From assembly GCF_016433145.1 (NCBI RefSeq), contig NC_058132.1, forward strand, positions 494,775,127-494,839,126: DNA of 64,000 nucleotides, given 5' to 3'. This stretch comes from Gracilinanus agilis (Eukaryota). Under the pieces are notes generated by a model that was not told the DNA's origin, ran no database searches, and saw only the letters and a list, made by a program, of their open reading frames with translations. Shown here piece after piece: positions 1-10,020 of the stretch. Both the position numbers and the translations under genes were made by a program. The first letter of the stretch is position 1. Each line of letters starts with the position of its first letter.

Positions 1-355
1 TAAATAGGAATATGAGTGATTTAAAATTGAAGTTCCCAAATGAAGGTCAAAGATAATAAACAGGGTCAAAGAAGGGAAATATCAGTACTGTCTGGACTGA
101 CAAGAAAGGATTATATGAAAACAATGAGATTTCAATGCTTCAAAGATGGCTTCAAAGGATGACTAGGATGACTATGCTTAGTTTGTTGAAGAAAAGATAA
201 AAGGCAATGAGGTAGGAATGATAATGATATTTTGGAGGGATATGAGGAGCCTTTCTTATAAGGATGGAGGACTAGTGTGGGAGAGCAGTGAGAAAATAGT
301 TTTGAAGAAGAGGCTGAAATTATACTGGAAAGTCTGTTTTGCCAGGCAAGAAAAT
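1..355 (-). mobile_element. L2 LINE fragment (degraded)
   Basis: Purine-rich degenerate sequence typical of antisense L2; boundaries approximate. Confidence 0.5.
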
Positions 356-399
356 ATTAGAAAAGAAAAGAAGGAGGAGAAGGAGAAGAAATTTATTAT

Positions 400-648
400 T
401 GTGAATTTTAAAATTAATATCCAAAAACTAAATATTACATTTAATAAAGTTTTATTAATAATAACTAAAGTAAGAGACCTAGGTATTGTATTCAGCCCAC
501 TTGCCAGAGCAAAAGAGGAAGAGGGAGGAGTTACAGCCAAATATAAAACAATAATGTGATCATGCAAATGTGGAGGCACAGGAGAGATTAAAGGGAATTT
601 TGGGAAAACTAAGGGACTTATGGGAGATGAAAAATCCCCATTTATACA
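400..648 (-). mobile_element. 3' LTR of the ERV
   Basis: Minus strand reads TGTATAAA...TTCACA; AATAAA at 451-456 (minus); 503-630 vs 4665-4792 differ at 9 of 128 nt. Confidence 0.85.
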
Positions 649-668
649 TAACCCCCTGTGATTTTTTT
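649..668 (-). other. Polypurine tract (PPT) of the ERV
   Basis: Minus strand AAAAAAATCACAGGGGGTTA directly abuts the TG of the 3' LTR. Confidence 0.7.
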
Positions 669-708
669 GGGAGACCAGTCTCCCCAATGGATCATAAAAA
701 CATAATCA

Positions 709-741
<33 letters not shown>

Positions 742-755
742 CATATATATATATA
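709..755. repeat. (TA)n microsatellite
   Basis: Directly visible. Confidence 0.95.
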
Positions 756-1215
756 GCAATAATTTGTGGGTAAAAGAAAAAAAAGAACAAAATCAACAAA
801 AAGCCAATTTGGGGGCAGTCCCCTTTGGCATAAAATTATACATTTAAAACAAATGCTTTCAACCCCCCAAGTTCAAATTCACATCTCAAAGTTCATTTCT
901 GGATCTTCTTGATGCAGTATGTGGTCTCTGCAGGCATCTTCATGGTGCCTTCTCCAACAGGTTCTTTGTCTAGATAGCAAATTTCTTATCCTAAAATTTC
1001 CTAAATTCAAATCAAAGTTCACAACAATAACAAAGTCCCCCCTGAGGAAAATAATAACACACAGGGATAACTCAGGAACACACGGCTGAGTTATTTAAGG
1101 TATATGAATCAATTGCAAAAGAAATAAAAAACATATAAAAATCCACATAAAAGATAAAAAATAACTTGTGGATGAAATAAAGAAATGTCAAAGTTGTATG
1201 TCTAAAAAATCTAAG

Positions 1216-1453
1216 AACTGCTTGGACACTTGGGTTGATGAGGACACGACTGGGGATGTAGACCTGAAAAGACCACACCCATGTAACTATCAATAATGTG
1301 TAAATAGGTTTTGACTGACCACACATCATAAAACCAGTGGAAATGCGAATTGGCTACAGCAGAGGGGGGAGGGGGGTTAATGGGGTGAAGGGGAAAGTAA
1401 AAACATGACTTATGTAACCATGGAAAATTTTTCTAAAAATAAAAAATTATTAA
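1216..1453 (+). mobile_element. 5'-truncated L1 3' end nested in the ERV
   Basis: Matches the L1 3' end at 15420-15653 (ggggatgtagac...aaaaccagtggaa...atgtaaccatggaaaa, poly-A); 12-bp TSD AAAAAATCTAAG at 1204-1215 and 1454-1465. Confidence 0.9.
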
Positions 1454-2206
1454 AAAAAATCTAAGTAAAGGAAAAATAAAACTATAACAGGTCTTTGAAT
1501 CAGGGCCTAATTAAAGTGATTTAAGTAATTATACACTTACCCACTCAGTAGCCAGGACTATAGAAAGTTTGCCACACTTATAAAAGACAGAAAAAAAGGG
1601 ACTAGAGATTATAGGAGCCAGAATGGGAGCGAGGATGAGGTGCTTGGTTAGAATGTGGTGCAGAGGAAGTCCTGTGTCTTATTAAGCACTGCAACCTCGA
1701 ACCCCAAACAAGTTCAAGTCCTTTTGTCTTGGCTCAAAATTACATCAATCCCACTGGGATTGGTTGGTCTCTTTGACCTTGTGCTCGATTTGCACTATGC
1801 AGGTTGACTTTGTGCTTCTTTAGCACTGTGCTGTGGTTCTTTTTATATTTTCTTCTTCTTGAATCAGGCATAATCATTAAGCAAAGTCCCATAATATTTA
1901 AACAATCAATGGCATTCTACAGTTTAAAGCCTTTTGGGTATGCATTAATATTAGAACAAATGTATCTTAAACTTATATTACTGTAAAATACAAAAAAGAT
2001 TAATATTATTTATATGTACTTCAAAGTATTCAAATACTATAAGAAAAATAAGAAAAACATTTTAAAAATCAAAAATGTATAACAGAATCAGTGACACACT
2101 GTGTCAGCCAAGAGGAGGTAGAATACAAAAATTCCTCATCAAAAAATGAGATCCATTTCCCTTTCAAACTTGGCCATGATCTACTGTGAATGTAGATGAT
2201 TTTTAC

Positions 2207-2212
<6 letters not shown>

Positions 2213-2255
<43 letters not shown>
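2213..2255. repeat. (CA)n(TA)n compound microsatellite
   Basis: Directly visible. Confidence 0.95.
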
Positions 2256-3150
2256 AAACAAAATAGTAGTAGAGTAGGTAATGCACATTCAAATAAAATA
2301 CCAAATTCCAAAAATTCACAATAGCCCAGTTATTGACAATAGCAAACAAACCCATTATTACATAGGATTTACATGAATTTATACATAGCCACTTGCTGTG
2401 TGATGTTTTAAAAAAATCTTTGAACTGATGGATATATGTCACAAGTTATATAGATGTAGCAATTCTTTCAACCTTGGCAAAAACACAAACCTCTGTATTG
2501 CTCAGGAAAATCTTTTGGGGGTCTAGAACATCATCAAGAATTTAGATCCTTCTGGAAGCAAATTAAACTAAAGAGTTAAAATATTATGCATGCAGGAGTT
2601 TCTTTTTGGCTTCCTGCTTTATATATAAAGTTTTGGTAGGAACTTCTGTATCTTTTAATACAACATTTTTTAAAATATGAAAACCCATCATCCATTCAGA
2701 AAGTACTAGGCATCTAAAGTTATTTCTAAAAACCCCTTATAAAATTTCAATTTAAATTCTTAAGTCATTATATTCTCCAAGATTGTATAAGCAACATGTG
2801 ACCTCAATATTTAAGATGGCAAATCCAGGATTACTAAGACTTATGGGCTTTTTACAATGTAAAAAAATTTTTGTGTTAGATGTTCATGGACTTTTTACAA
2901 TGATACCTTTTTTAGTAAAATCATAGGGAAATGGTACAGATAAAGAATCATATAATAGAATATATATTAATTAGATTAATACAGATAAACTTAAAAAAAT
3001 TTAGACCTTAAAGAAATCAGCAAATACAATAATATAAGGAAACAACAAGTAATGCAGTCAAAACCCTTTTTACCAATTCCAAGACTTGTTCACTATTAGG
3101 GAGGGGAGAAGTTGAGAATGATTAGTAAGCAATAAACTTCCAGAGCTCTA

Positions 3151-3350
3151 TTTTTTTAAAACCCTTACCTTCTGTCTTGGAGTCAATACTGCGTATTGAC
3201 TCCAAGGTAGAAGAATGGTAAGGGTAAGCAATGGGGGTCAAGTGACTTGCCCAGGTCACACAGCTGGGAAAGTGTCTGAGGCCAGATTTGAACCTAGGAC
3301 CTCCCATCTCTAGGCCTGGTTCTCAATCCACTGAGCTACCCAGCTGCCCC
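3151..3350 (-). mobile_element. SINE1_Mdo-type SINE nested in the ERV
   Basis: Minus strand begins GGGGCAGCTGGGTAGCTCAGTGGATTGAG (tRNA-like head), CORE segment, poly-A tail. Confidence 0.9.
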
Positions 3351-3391
3351 CTCCAGATCTCTTAAGTTTCTTTCCCCTCCTCCATATAAAC

Positions 3392-3585
3392 CAGTGGTTC
3401 CCAAACTTTTTTGGCCTACTGCCCCCTTTCCAGAAAAAAATATTACTTAGCCCCCTGGAAATTAATTTTTAAAAAATGTTAATAGCAATTAATAGGAAAG
3501 ATAAATGCACCTGTGGCCATCACCGCTTTCCTGGATCACTGCAGCATCCACCAGGGGGCGGTAGCACCCACTTTGGGAATCATTG
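3392..3585. mobile_element. hAT/Charlie-type MITE nested in the ERV
   Basis: TIRs CAGTGGTTCCCAAA / TTTGGGAATCATTG; 8-bp TSD ATATAAAC (3384-3391) / ATATAAAT (3586-3593). Confidence 0.88.
3548..3561 (+). promoter_or_regulatory. CTCF core motif match inside the MITE
   Basis: CCACCAGGGGGCGG matches the CCACYAGRKGGCR consensus; binding untested. Confidence 0.5.
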
Positions 3586-4304
3586 ATATAAATCAACCAT
3601 TCAGATTTCCTTTGTCAGAGTTCTGAATTTCGTCATGGTATGAGGAGATGAATTTCTCCTCTGAATCTCAAAATTAGTCAGGCTCTGAACTGCAAGGTAT
3701 TCAATGAGCACAAAAATCCACAGGAAAAGAATTAAGCAGATCCAAACTGCACTTTTTTTGCCCTACCAACTCAAACTGTTTTTTCAAAGTTTCAAGCATG
3801 CTTTGAAACAGCATTATTCCTGAAGTGGCTGAATGGGTTTTGTTTATAGAGTAAACAAAAAGGAAGCAAAATTTCTAGAGGGAGAACAATAATGCATTTG
3901 CATATGAGAGAGCTAGCCAAAAGGTAGAGACAAAATCCCCAAAACTTCTACTTGGAATCTACTGATTTAGTCTCTCTACCCTCTTAAGAAAAACTGCAGA
4001 AGTCCCCTTTGTGTGGAAAAAAAAATTCCTGACTTGCAAGTCTCTCTCAGCCAGGTGTCCAGGGCCAGCTTAAGACTTCTGCTCAAAAAATGGCTAGTGC
4101 AGGCTGAAAAACCCATGTGGGGTGGGGGAAGGGATTGGGTGGAAAGATTTTTAAATGTCACCCCCTTGGAAAAAAAAAAGCAGCTTGGAATGACTGGTTC
4201 TCATGTCAGGTCTAGTGACTGCAAGTTGAGGCTTCAGGCTGGGAAGAGTGGTGAGGAATGCTGGAGAAGATGAGTGTGAAAAGGCAGCAGGAGCGAAAGC
4301 AGGC

Positions 4305-4374
4305 GGCTGGTGGGCTGGTGGGCTGGTGGGCTGGTGGGCTGGTGGGCTGGTGGGCTGGTGGGCTGGTGGGCTGG
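4305..4374 (+). repeat. (GGCTGGTG)8 octamer tandem array, G4-prone
   Basis: Eight perfect units plus a partial one; GGG runs spaced by 5 nt. Confidence 0.95.
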
Positions 4375-4544
4375 CAGGTGGAGTGGTGTCTGCAGTGGCT
4401 GAGATAGGGTGAGAGCAGGCAGGCTGGTTGCAGGAGAATAAAAAAAACAAACGCAGGAGCATAGGGCGAGAAATGGAAACCCCAGCTCTGGGGCAAACTT
4501 ACTAACTATGCTGAAAATCTAATAAAAAAAATTTGAGGATTCTA

Positions 4545-4562
4545 TCCTGACATGGTTAGCCA
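4545..4562 (-). other. Primer-binding-site-like 18-mer
   Basis: TGGCTAACCATGTCAGGA lies 4 nt (TTTT) after the CA end of the 5' LTR; starts TGG as a PBS must; priming tRNA uncertain. Confidence 0.6.
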
Positions 4563-4566
4563 AAAA

Positions 4567-4822
4567 TGTGGATTTAAAAATTAATACCCAATAACTACAT
4601 ATTGTATTTAATAACATTTTATCAATAATAACTAAAGTAAGAACCCTAGGTATTCAGCCTGCTCGCCAGAGCAAAAGAGGAAGAGGGAGGAATTACGGCC
4701 AAATATAAAACAATAATGTGGCCATGCAAACGTGGAGGCTCAGGAGAGATTAAAGGAAATTTTGGGAAAACTAAAGGACTTATGGGGGATGAGGTCCAAG
4801 GTTCAAATTCTTCATTTATACA
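4567..4822 (-). mobile_element. 5' LTR of the ERV
   Basis: Direct repeat of 400-648; minus strand TGTATAAA...TCCACA. Confidence 0.85.
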
Positions 4823-4829
4823 TTATATA

Positions 4830-5095
4830 GTCACCTAGAAGCCATGATGATTTAGAAATGGCAGAATGATGACAGTACATTAGGCAGATTAGTTTTTTTA
4901 CAGTATACAGGCTGTATTGGAGCCTGGAAGTGGGTGACTACTTATAAAGACACCAACATCTAATTGATGAAAATCTGGACTTCATTGGTAGCAATAGGAA
5001 TGGAGTAGAAAGTACAATTTCAAGGGACATTTTGAAAAAAAAGATGCTAAGACTGAGTAGATGCAAGGAACAGGTGAATATAAGGGAAGACAAAG
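4830..5095 (-). mobile_element. L2 fragment
   Basis: Degenerate L2-like sequence, plausibly the continuation of 1-355 split by the ERV. Confidence 0.45.
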
Positions 5096-5390
5096 ATGCA
5101 TCCTACACTAGTTGTATGACCTCCTTAGCTCTAACTTCTTTCTCTCTTGTTTTTGATCTTGTTCCTCTTCCTCTTCCTTCTCCTTCTCTTTCTCCTTTTT
5201 TTGTTCTTGTTCTATTTTTATGAGTCAAAGCTTACTACAAAAACAATGGACCACCTTTTCAAAATCAACACTAGAAACAACACAAGGGAAATGGAGTGAC
5301 CCATGGTGGGTATAAGCTGGCTAAAGAGTTTAACAAATGAAGAACTTTAAAGAAGAACATGAATAAAATATTAATAATTTTCTTTTGTCG

Positions 5391-5540
5391 GTTTTGGATT
5401 TGGGAGATCTGGGTTTAATTTCAACCTCAGATGCTTACTACATATGCTAATTTATCTTCCCTGGATCTTTTCTATATCATGAGGGAGTTGGACTAGATAG
5501 CTTTGAAGTCCTTCTAGCTCTAGGTCTAGGGTTCTATGAT
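5391..5540 (+). mobile_element. MIR-family CORE-SINE
   Basis: gggagatctgggtttaatt...ggagttggactagatagctttgaagtccttctagctcta. Confidence 0.65.
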
Positions 5541-7054
5541 ATTATGTTCTGAAGATAACAAACTCTAGGAAGAGATGGGAGAATGCTCATATGGTGAGGG
5601 TGAATGAGAACAGGTAGAGGATCCAGAATTTCACTGGTACTCTTTAAATATTAGGGAAAAAATGAAGAAGACCTCCAACATACTTATTGGGAGGGCAATG
5701 ACAAAACATGCCCAGAGGATGAGTGGACATGGATAGGTTGAAATCTGTAGAAATGGAAAGAACTTCCAAACTGATGAAACTGAAAAATATATTTGAGTAT
5801 TTCATTATATATTTAAGTTACTAACATTGGTATTACCCTAATGTGTTGAGTCTGAATGAGTATGAAAATTTTGATACTACTAATAAGAACAGAGAAGTAA
5901 GGAAAGACAAGTAATTCGGAAAGATCACTGATTTGGGTGAGTAAATGATAAGAATAAAATTTAGAATAATGTTGCACTTTAGATGACATGAGGATATTTT
6001 AGTGGAAATGTCCATACAAAGATTACATGAGATCCTTAAAGAGGAGGAACATCAGAGATATGATCATTTGAGAGCACCTACAGTTAGAAGGAAGAGGAAA
6101 AAATAACAGTAGAGGAACACAGAATTAATCAGCAAGCATTTATTTAACACCACCTATGTGCCAATACCTTGGCTATATTTTTTATATATTTATGTAACTA
6201 CTTTGTCTCATCATAGAATGTAAAATTCTTGACTGAAATCAGTATTATAATTTTGAGTTGTTATCTCTAGTATCTAGCCAGTAACTGTCATATAACAGTT
6301 GATTAATTAATACTTCTTTATTGATAAATTGATTGCAAGGCATTTTGCTAGAAGCTGAGGACATGAAGACAGAAAAAAAAAACAATCCCTGGACTCAAAG
6401 ATTTTATATTCTACAAGAATAGATATAAATAAAAATGCATACATATATAAATGATATGTATAGAATGTATATACACAGATTTGGATATATATGTATGCAT
6501 TATATATATATATATTATATTTGTTTTTTACTTGTATGAACATCTAAATAAAATGGCACACACACACATATATTTATTTTTCCTTGCACTTATACTTCTT
6601 TTCCCCCCCACTAGAATACAAACTCTTTCAGAAAGAGGACTGATTTTCTAATTTTAGTTTTTTGTCTTTCTATTCCCAGAACCTAGTATAGTGCCTAGTA
6701 ATCAATCAATTAAGCTATCTGTCTATTATATGTATACCCACTCACCCACCCAGCCCCACTATATATATATTATCTATGTATCTCTTAAAGTAAAGAAGAT
6801 TTCCAGGGTGAGGGTAGGGCTTAGCAAGTAAAATAAGAAGGCCAGGAAGAAGTATTTGTAAGAGGTAATATTTAAGATGAGCTTTGAAGAGGGCCAGGGA
6901 TTTTCTGAGGAGGGGGAGCCTTCCAGTTTCAGAGAGAGCATGAAGCCTAGAGATAGGAAATGCAGGGTCATTTATGTGAAATAACATTTAGGACCATTTG
7001 GCTGGAGGGTTGTGCATGTGAAGAGTAGTCATATGCAATGAGCCAGGAAAGGTG

Positions 7055-7088
7055 GACTGAAGCTTAACTATGACTGAAGCTTAACTAT
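7055..7088. repeat. Perfect 17-bp tandem duplication
   Basis: GACTGAAGCTTAACTAT x2. Confidence 0.95.
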
Positions 7089-7149
7089 AACATTGTAGAA
7101 TGCCAAAGAGAAGTTTGCATCTTAAAGGGAATAATAAACTGCTGGAGAA

Positions 7150-7350
7150 TTTTTTTAAACCCTTACCTTCTGTCTTGGAGTCAATACTGTGTATTTGTTC
7201 CAAGGCAGAAGAGTGGTAAGGACCAGGCAATGAGGGTCAAGTGACTTGCTCAGGGTCACACAGCTAGGAAGTGTCTGAGGCTAGATTTGAACCTAGGACT
7301 TCCAGTCTCTAGGCCTGGCTCTCAATCCACTGAGCTACCCAGCTGCACCC
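7150..7350 (-). mobile_element. SINE1_Mdo-type SINE
   Basis: Full head, CORE and tail; TSD ACTGCTGGAG at 7138-7147 and 7352-7361. Confidence 0.9.
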
Positions 7351-7588
7351 TACTGCTGGAGTATTTTGAGCAGAGGAGCACCATGGTCAGAGAAGTGACT
7401 TGGGTATATTATTTTGGCAGCTGTTTGGAAGAGGGATTGGAGAGAAGGCTTGAGGCAGAGAGACCACTTAGAAGGCTTTTGCAATAGTTTTAGCCAGACT
7501 AGAAGAGAGGGAAATGACTTTGAACCCAAGAGGAAAGGGTTTCTTTTTACTTATTTATTTTATTTTGAAAGAATTTAAAAAACAAACA

Positions 7589-7802
7589 GGGGGTCAACTA
7601 GGTGGCACAGTGGATTGAGAGCCAGGACTAGAGATGGGAGGTCTTGGGTTCAAATCTAGCTTCTGACACCTCCTAACTATGTGACCCTGGGCAAGTCACT
7701 CAACCCCCATCGCTTAACTTTTACTGCTCTTCTGCCTTGGAACAACACACAATATTAATTTTAAGATGGAGGGTAAAGGTTTAAAACAAATAAACAAACA
7801 AA
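7589..7802 (+). mobile_element. SINE1_Mdo-type SINE
   Basis: gggggtcaactaggtggcacagtggattgagagccagg...aaggtttaaaacaaataaacaaac. Confidence 0.88.
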
Positions 7803-9774
7803 CCTATCCCCAAATGGAGACCTTTTGCATAAACTAAGTATAGGAAAGGGCTGCGGTTACATCAAAGTTGGTGGGTGATATTGTTGGATGAATACCCACA
7901 AAATATCTGATGTTGAAGTAGGAAGGCAGGAAGAATAACAATACTTTTGGATACTTAGATAACAGATGAGAAAGCAATCATTGTTTACTAGACAGAGAAA
8001 TTCAATGCACAAACAGACACATGTTACAAAGACCAATGAGGTCAGTCTATGTTCTTGTGAGAGCATCCTTCCAGCAAAGGGCACTTTGGAAAACAGTTCA
8101 GCCTGAGGAAAGAGACCCCCCCCCTAATTCTAGGGGTAGGCAGATCAATCAAAAATCACACAGAGAGCAGCACACAGCACTGCAATGCCAAGATCAAATA
8201 GTGAACAATAAAAGACAATGAGGAAGGTCCCTCCTTTTGGAAACTGAATCTCAGAATAAGAATTCCAAATACAGAAGTGCCCACAGGTTCAATCATTTAC
8301 CCAAGGTCATGCGGGAAATCAGTGGAATAAATAGACCTAAGGCTCAAGACCCGGGCTTTCTTGCTGTGACACCTTTTGTCCCGTAACCATCATGTTGGCC
8401 CCAGAGCTCATACTTGCCCAGGGAAGACTGACATTCCAGAAAATCCACGTAGGAGAATTATTTGGTTCTCAGCACAAGGTGGGCAGCAGCTTCCACCTCA
8501 GCGCTGGGTCTTTTTTCTTTTAGTACACTGGTAAGCCAAGCACATGGGGAGTTACATAATGAACTGGAAATGTTTTAGAAGTGACATAGTTAAGAATTTG
8601 CCCAAAATTAGAAGTGTTATGCATAGATAAGATGACGAGTTCTCTTGGATGTCTATTCTCACTTCTATCTGGATTGGAATTAATGAAGACTGCAGGTCAG
8701 GGAATGGTCCCAAGCAGAATTCTACTCAGGGCCAAACTGGAATTGGTGGGGGACTCACTTTTCATGCATTCTTCTGCCTCCAAAGAAAGGTCCCCCCTGT
8801 GAAAGCCCTAATGGGTGAGCTGATTAGTGAAGTGGAAGGTGTTCAAGCACATACTGACTAATTGTGTCAATGCCTTCAGGAAACTTAGAATGAACCATTA
8901 GTGAACTGAAAAGCAGAACCTTTGAATTGCTTATGTTGTCCTGACTTAGGTCTCCTTAAAGAAGACAGGATTTTGATTAAAAAAATTATTTAAGTTGTCC
9001 CAAAGCGCTTGGGTCCAAAAATATGCATCATTTGGTCTATTTGCCAAGTCTCCTGTATGCATTTCAAGAGGAAGACAGCGCTCATTTAGGAAGGTCTTTT
9101 GCCCTCTTTGTCTTTTACTGCATCCGTCTGTGAGTGGCCTTAAATAAATTATGATTATAATGACATTCTGGCTGACCTAAACCTCTCAATCTTGGCCGTG
9201 GATACATGTATAAATCTGAAAAATGTGCAACGGCTTTCATCGGTCATTCTGATTACTCATAGAGGATGTAGTTTTTAAATCTCCCTATTTTACATTATCC
9301 TTAATGTTTTCATAAAGAAGCAAAGCATATCAAATAAGTGGGGCAAAGTATGATGACCCAAGCGGCTTTGATATGACCGGACTTAAATGGACTCGATTCT
9401 TTGTTTGCTTCTGTTTCTGAATCAGCAAGGCCATCATGGCTAGGTAGGTTTGGCCTTTGAATATAATGATGTTTATTCCCATAGCTCTCAAATGGGTGCT
9501 ATTAGAAAGTGTAATTATTTGAGCAATTATTTAAGTAGCTTAATATCTGAACAAATTTCTAGCGTTTTCAGCATGCTTGGTATTTGGTAGGGTGTTATCA
9601 AAGAAATTATTTAAAATCCTACTGACTTTATGAGGTCAAGAAGCCCTTGCTCTTTGGCATAGAGCATTTCATGAAATGGATAACTGAATGAAAACTGTTT
9701 TTTATTTCTTCAAAGATTATTTATTTATTAACTAGCATTTGCTGCAACCCCTACTCAGGCCTGTCCTACCTCAG

Positions 9775-10020
9775 ACACTTATTAGCTTTGTGACTTTGGG
9801 CAAATATTTAGACATTCTGAGCCTCATTTTCCTCAACTGTAATTGAGCCCAAGATGTTGAGCTCAATGACCTCTACGTCAGAAGACCTGGGTTCAAATTC
9901 CATCTTTGTTACTTGCCCTTAGACAAGAATGCCTCTCTGGGTCTCAGTTTCCTCGTCTGTGAAATACAGGCATTGGACAAGATGGCCTCTATGGCCTCTT
10001 CCATCTTTATATTTGTGATC
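9775..10020 (+). mobile_element. Two adjacent MIR fragments
   Basis: CORE motifs tgtgactttgggcaa...agcctcattttcctc and gaagacctgggttcaaat...tctcagtttcctcgtctgtgaaat. Confidence 0.7.

Larger units (their letters stand above)
400..4822 (-). mobile_element. ERV1-like LTR retroelement, full architecture, apparently non-autonomous
   Basis: Two direct-repeat LTRs (400-648, 4567-4822) with TG..CA ends on the minus strand; flanking TTAT at 396-399 and 4823-4826; PBS-like site next to one LTR and PPT next to the other. Confidence 0.85.
6790..7500 (-). mobile_element. L2 fragment interrupted by a SINE
   Basis: gagctttgaag..., aatgccaaag..., gagaccacttagaaggcttttgcaatagt: antisense L2 motifs. Confidence 0.6.

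Noticed and set aside
218-773. ORFs of 113, 143 and 67 aa
   Set aside because: They span L2 debris, the 3' LTR and a (TA)n repeat; low-complexity chance ORFs.
4151-4496. ORFs with PAHQPTSP repeats that look like a proline-rich protein
   Set aside because: Translation of the (GGCTGGTG)n array; no gag motifs.
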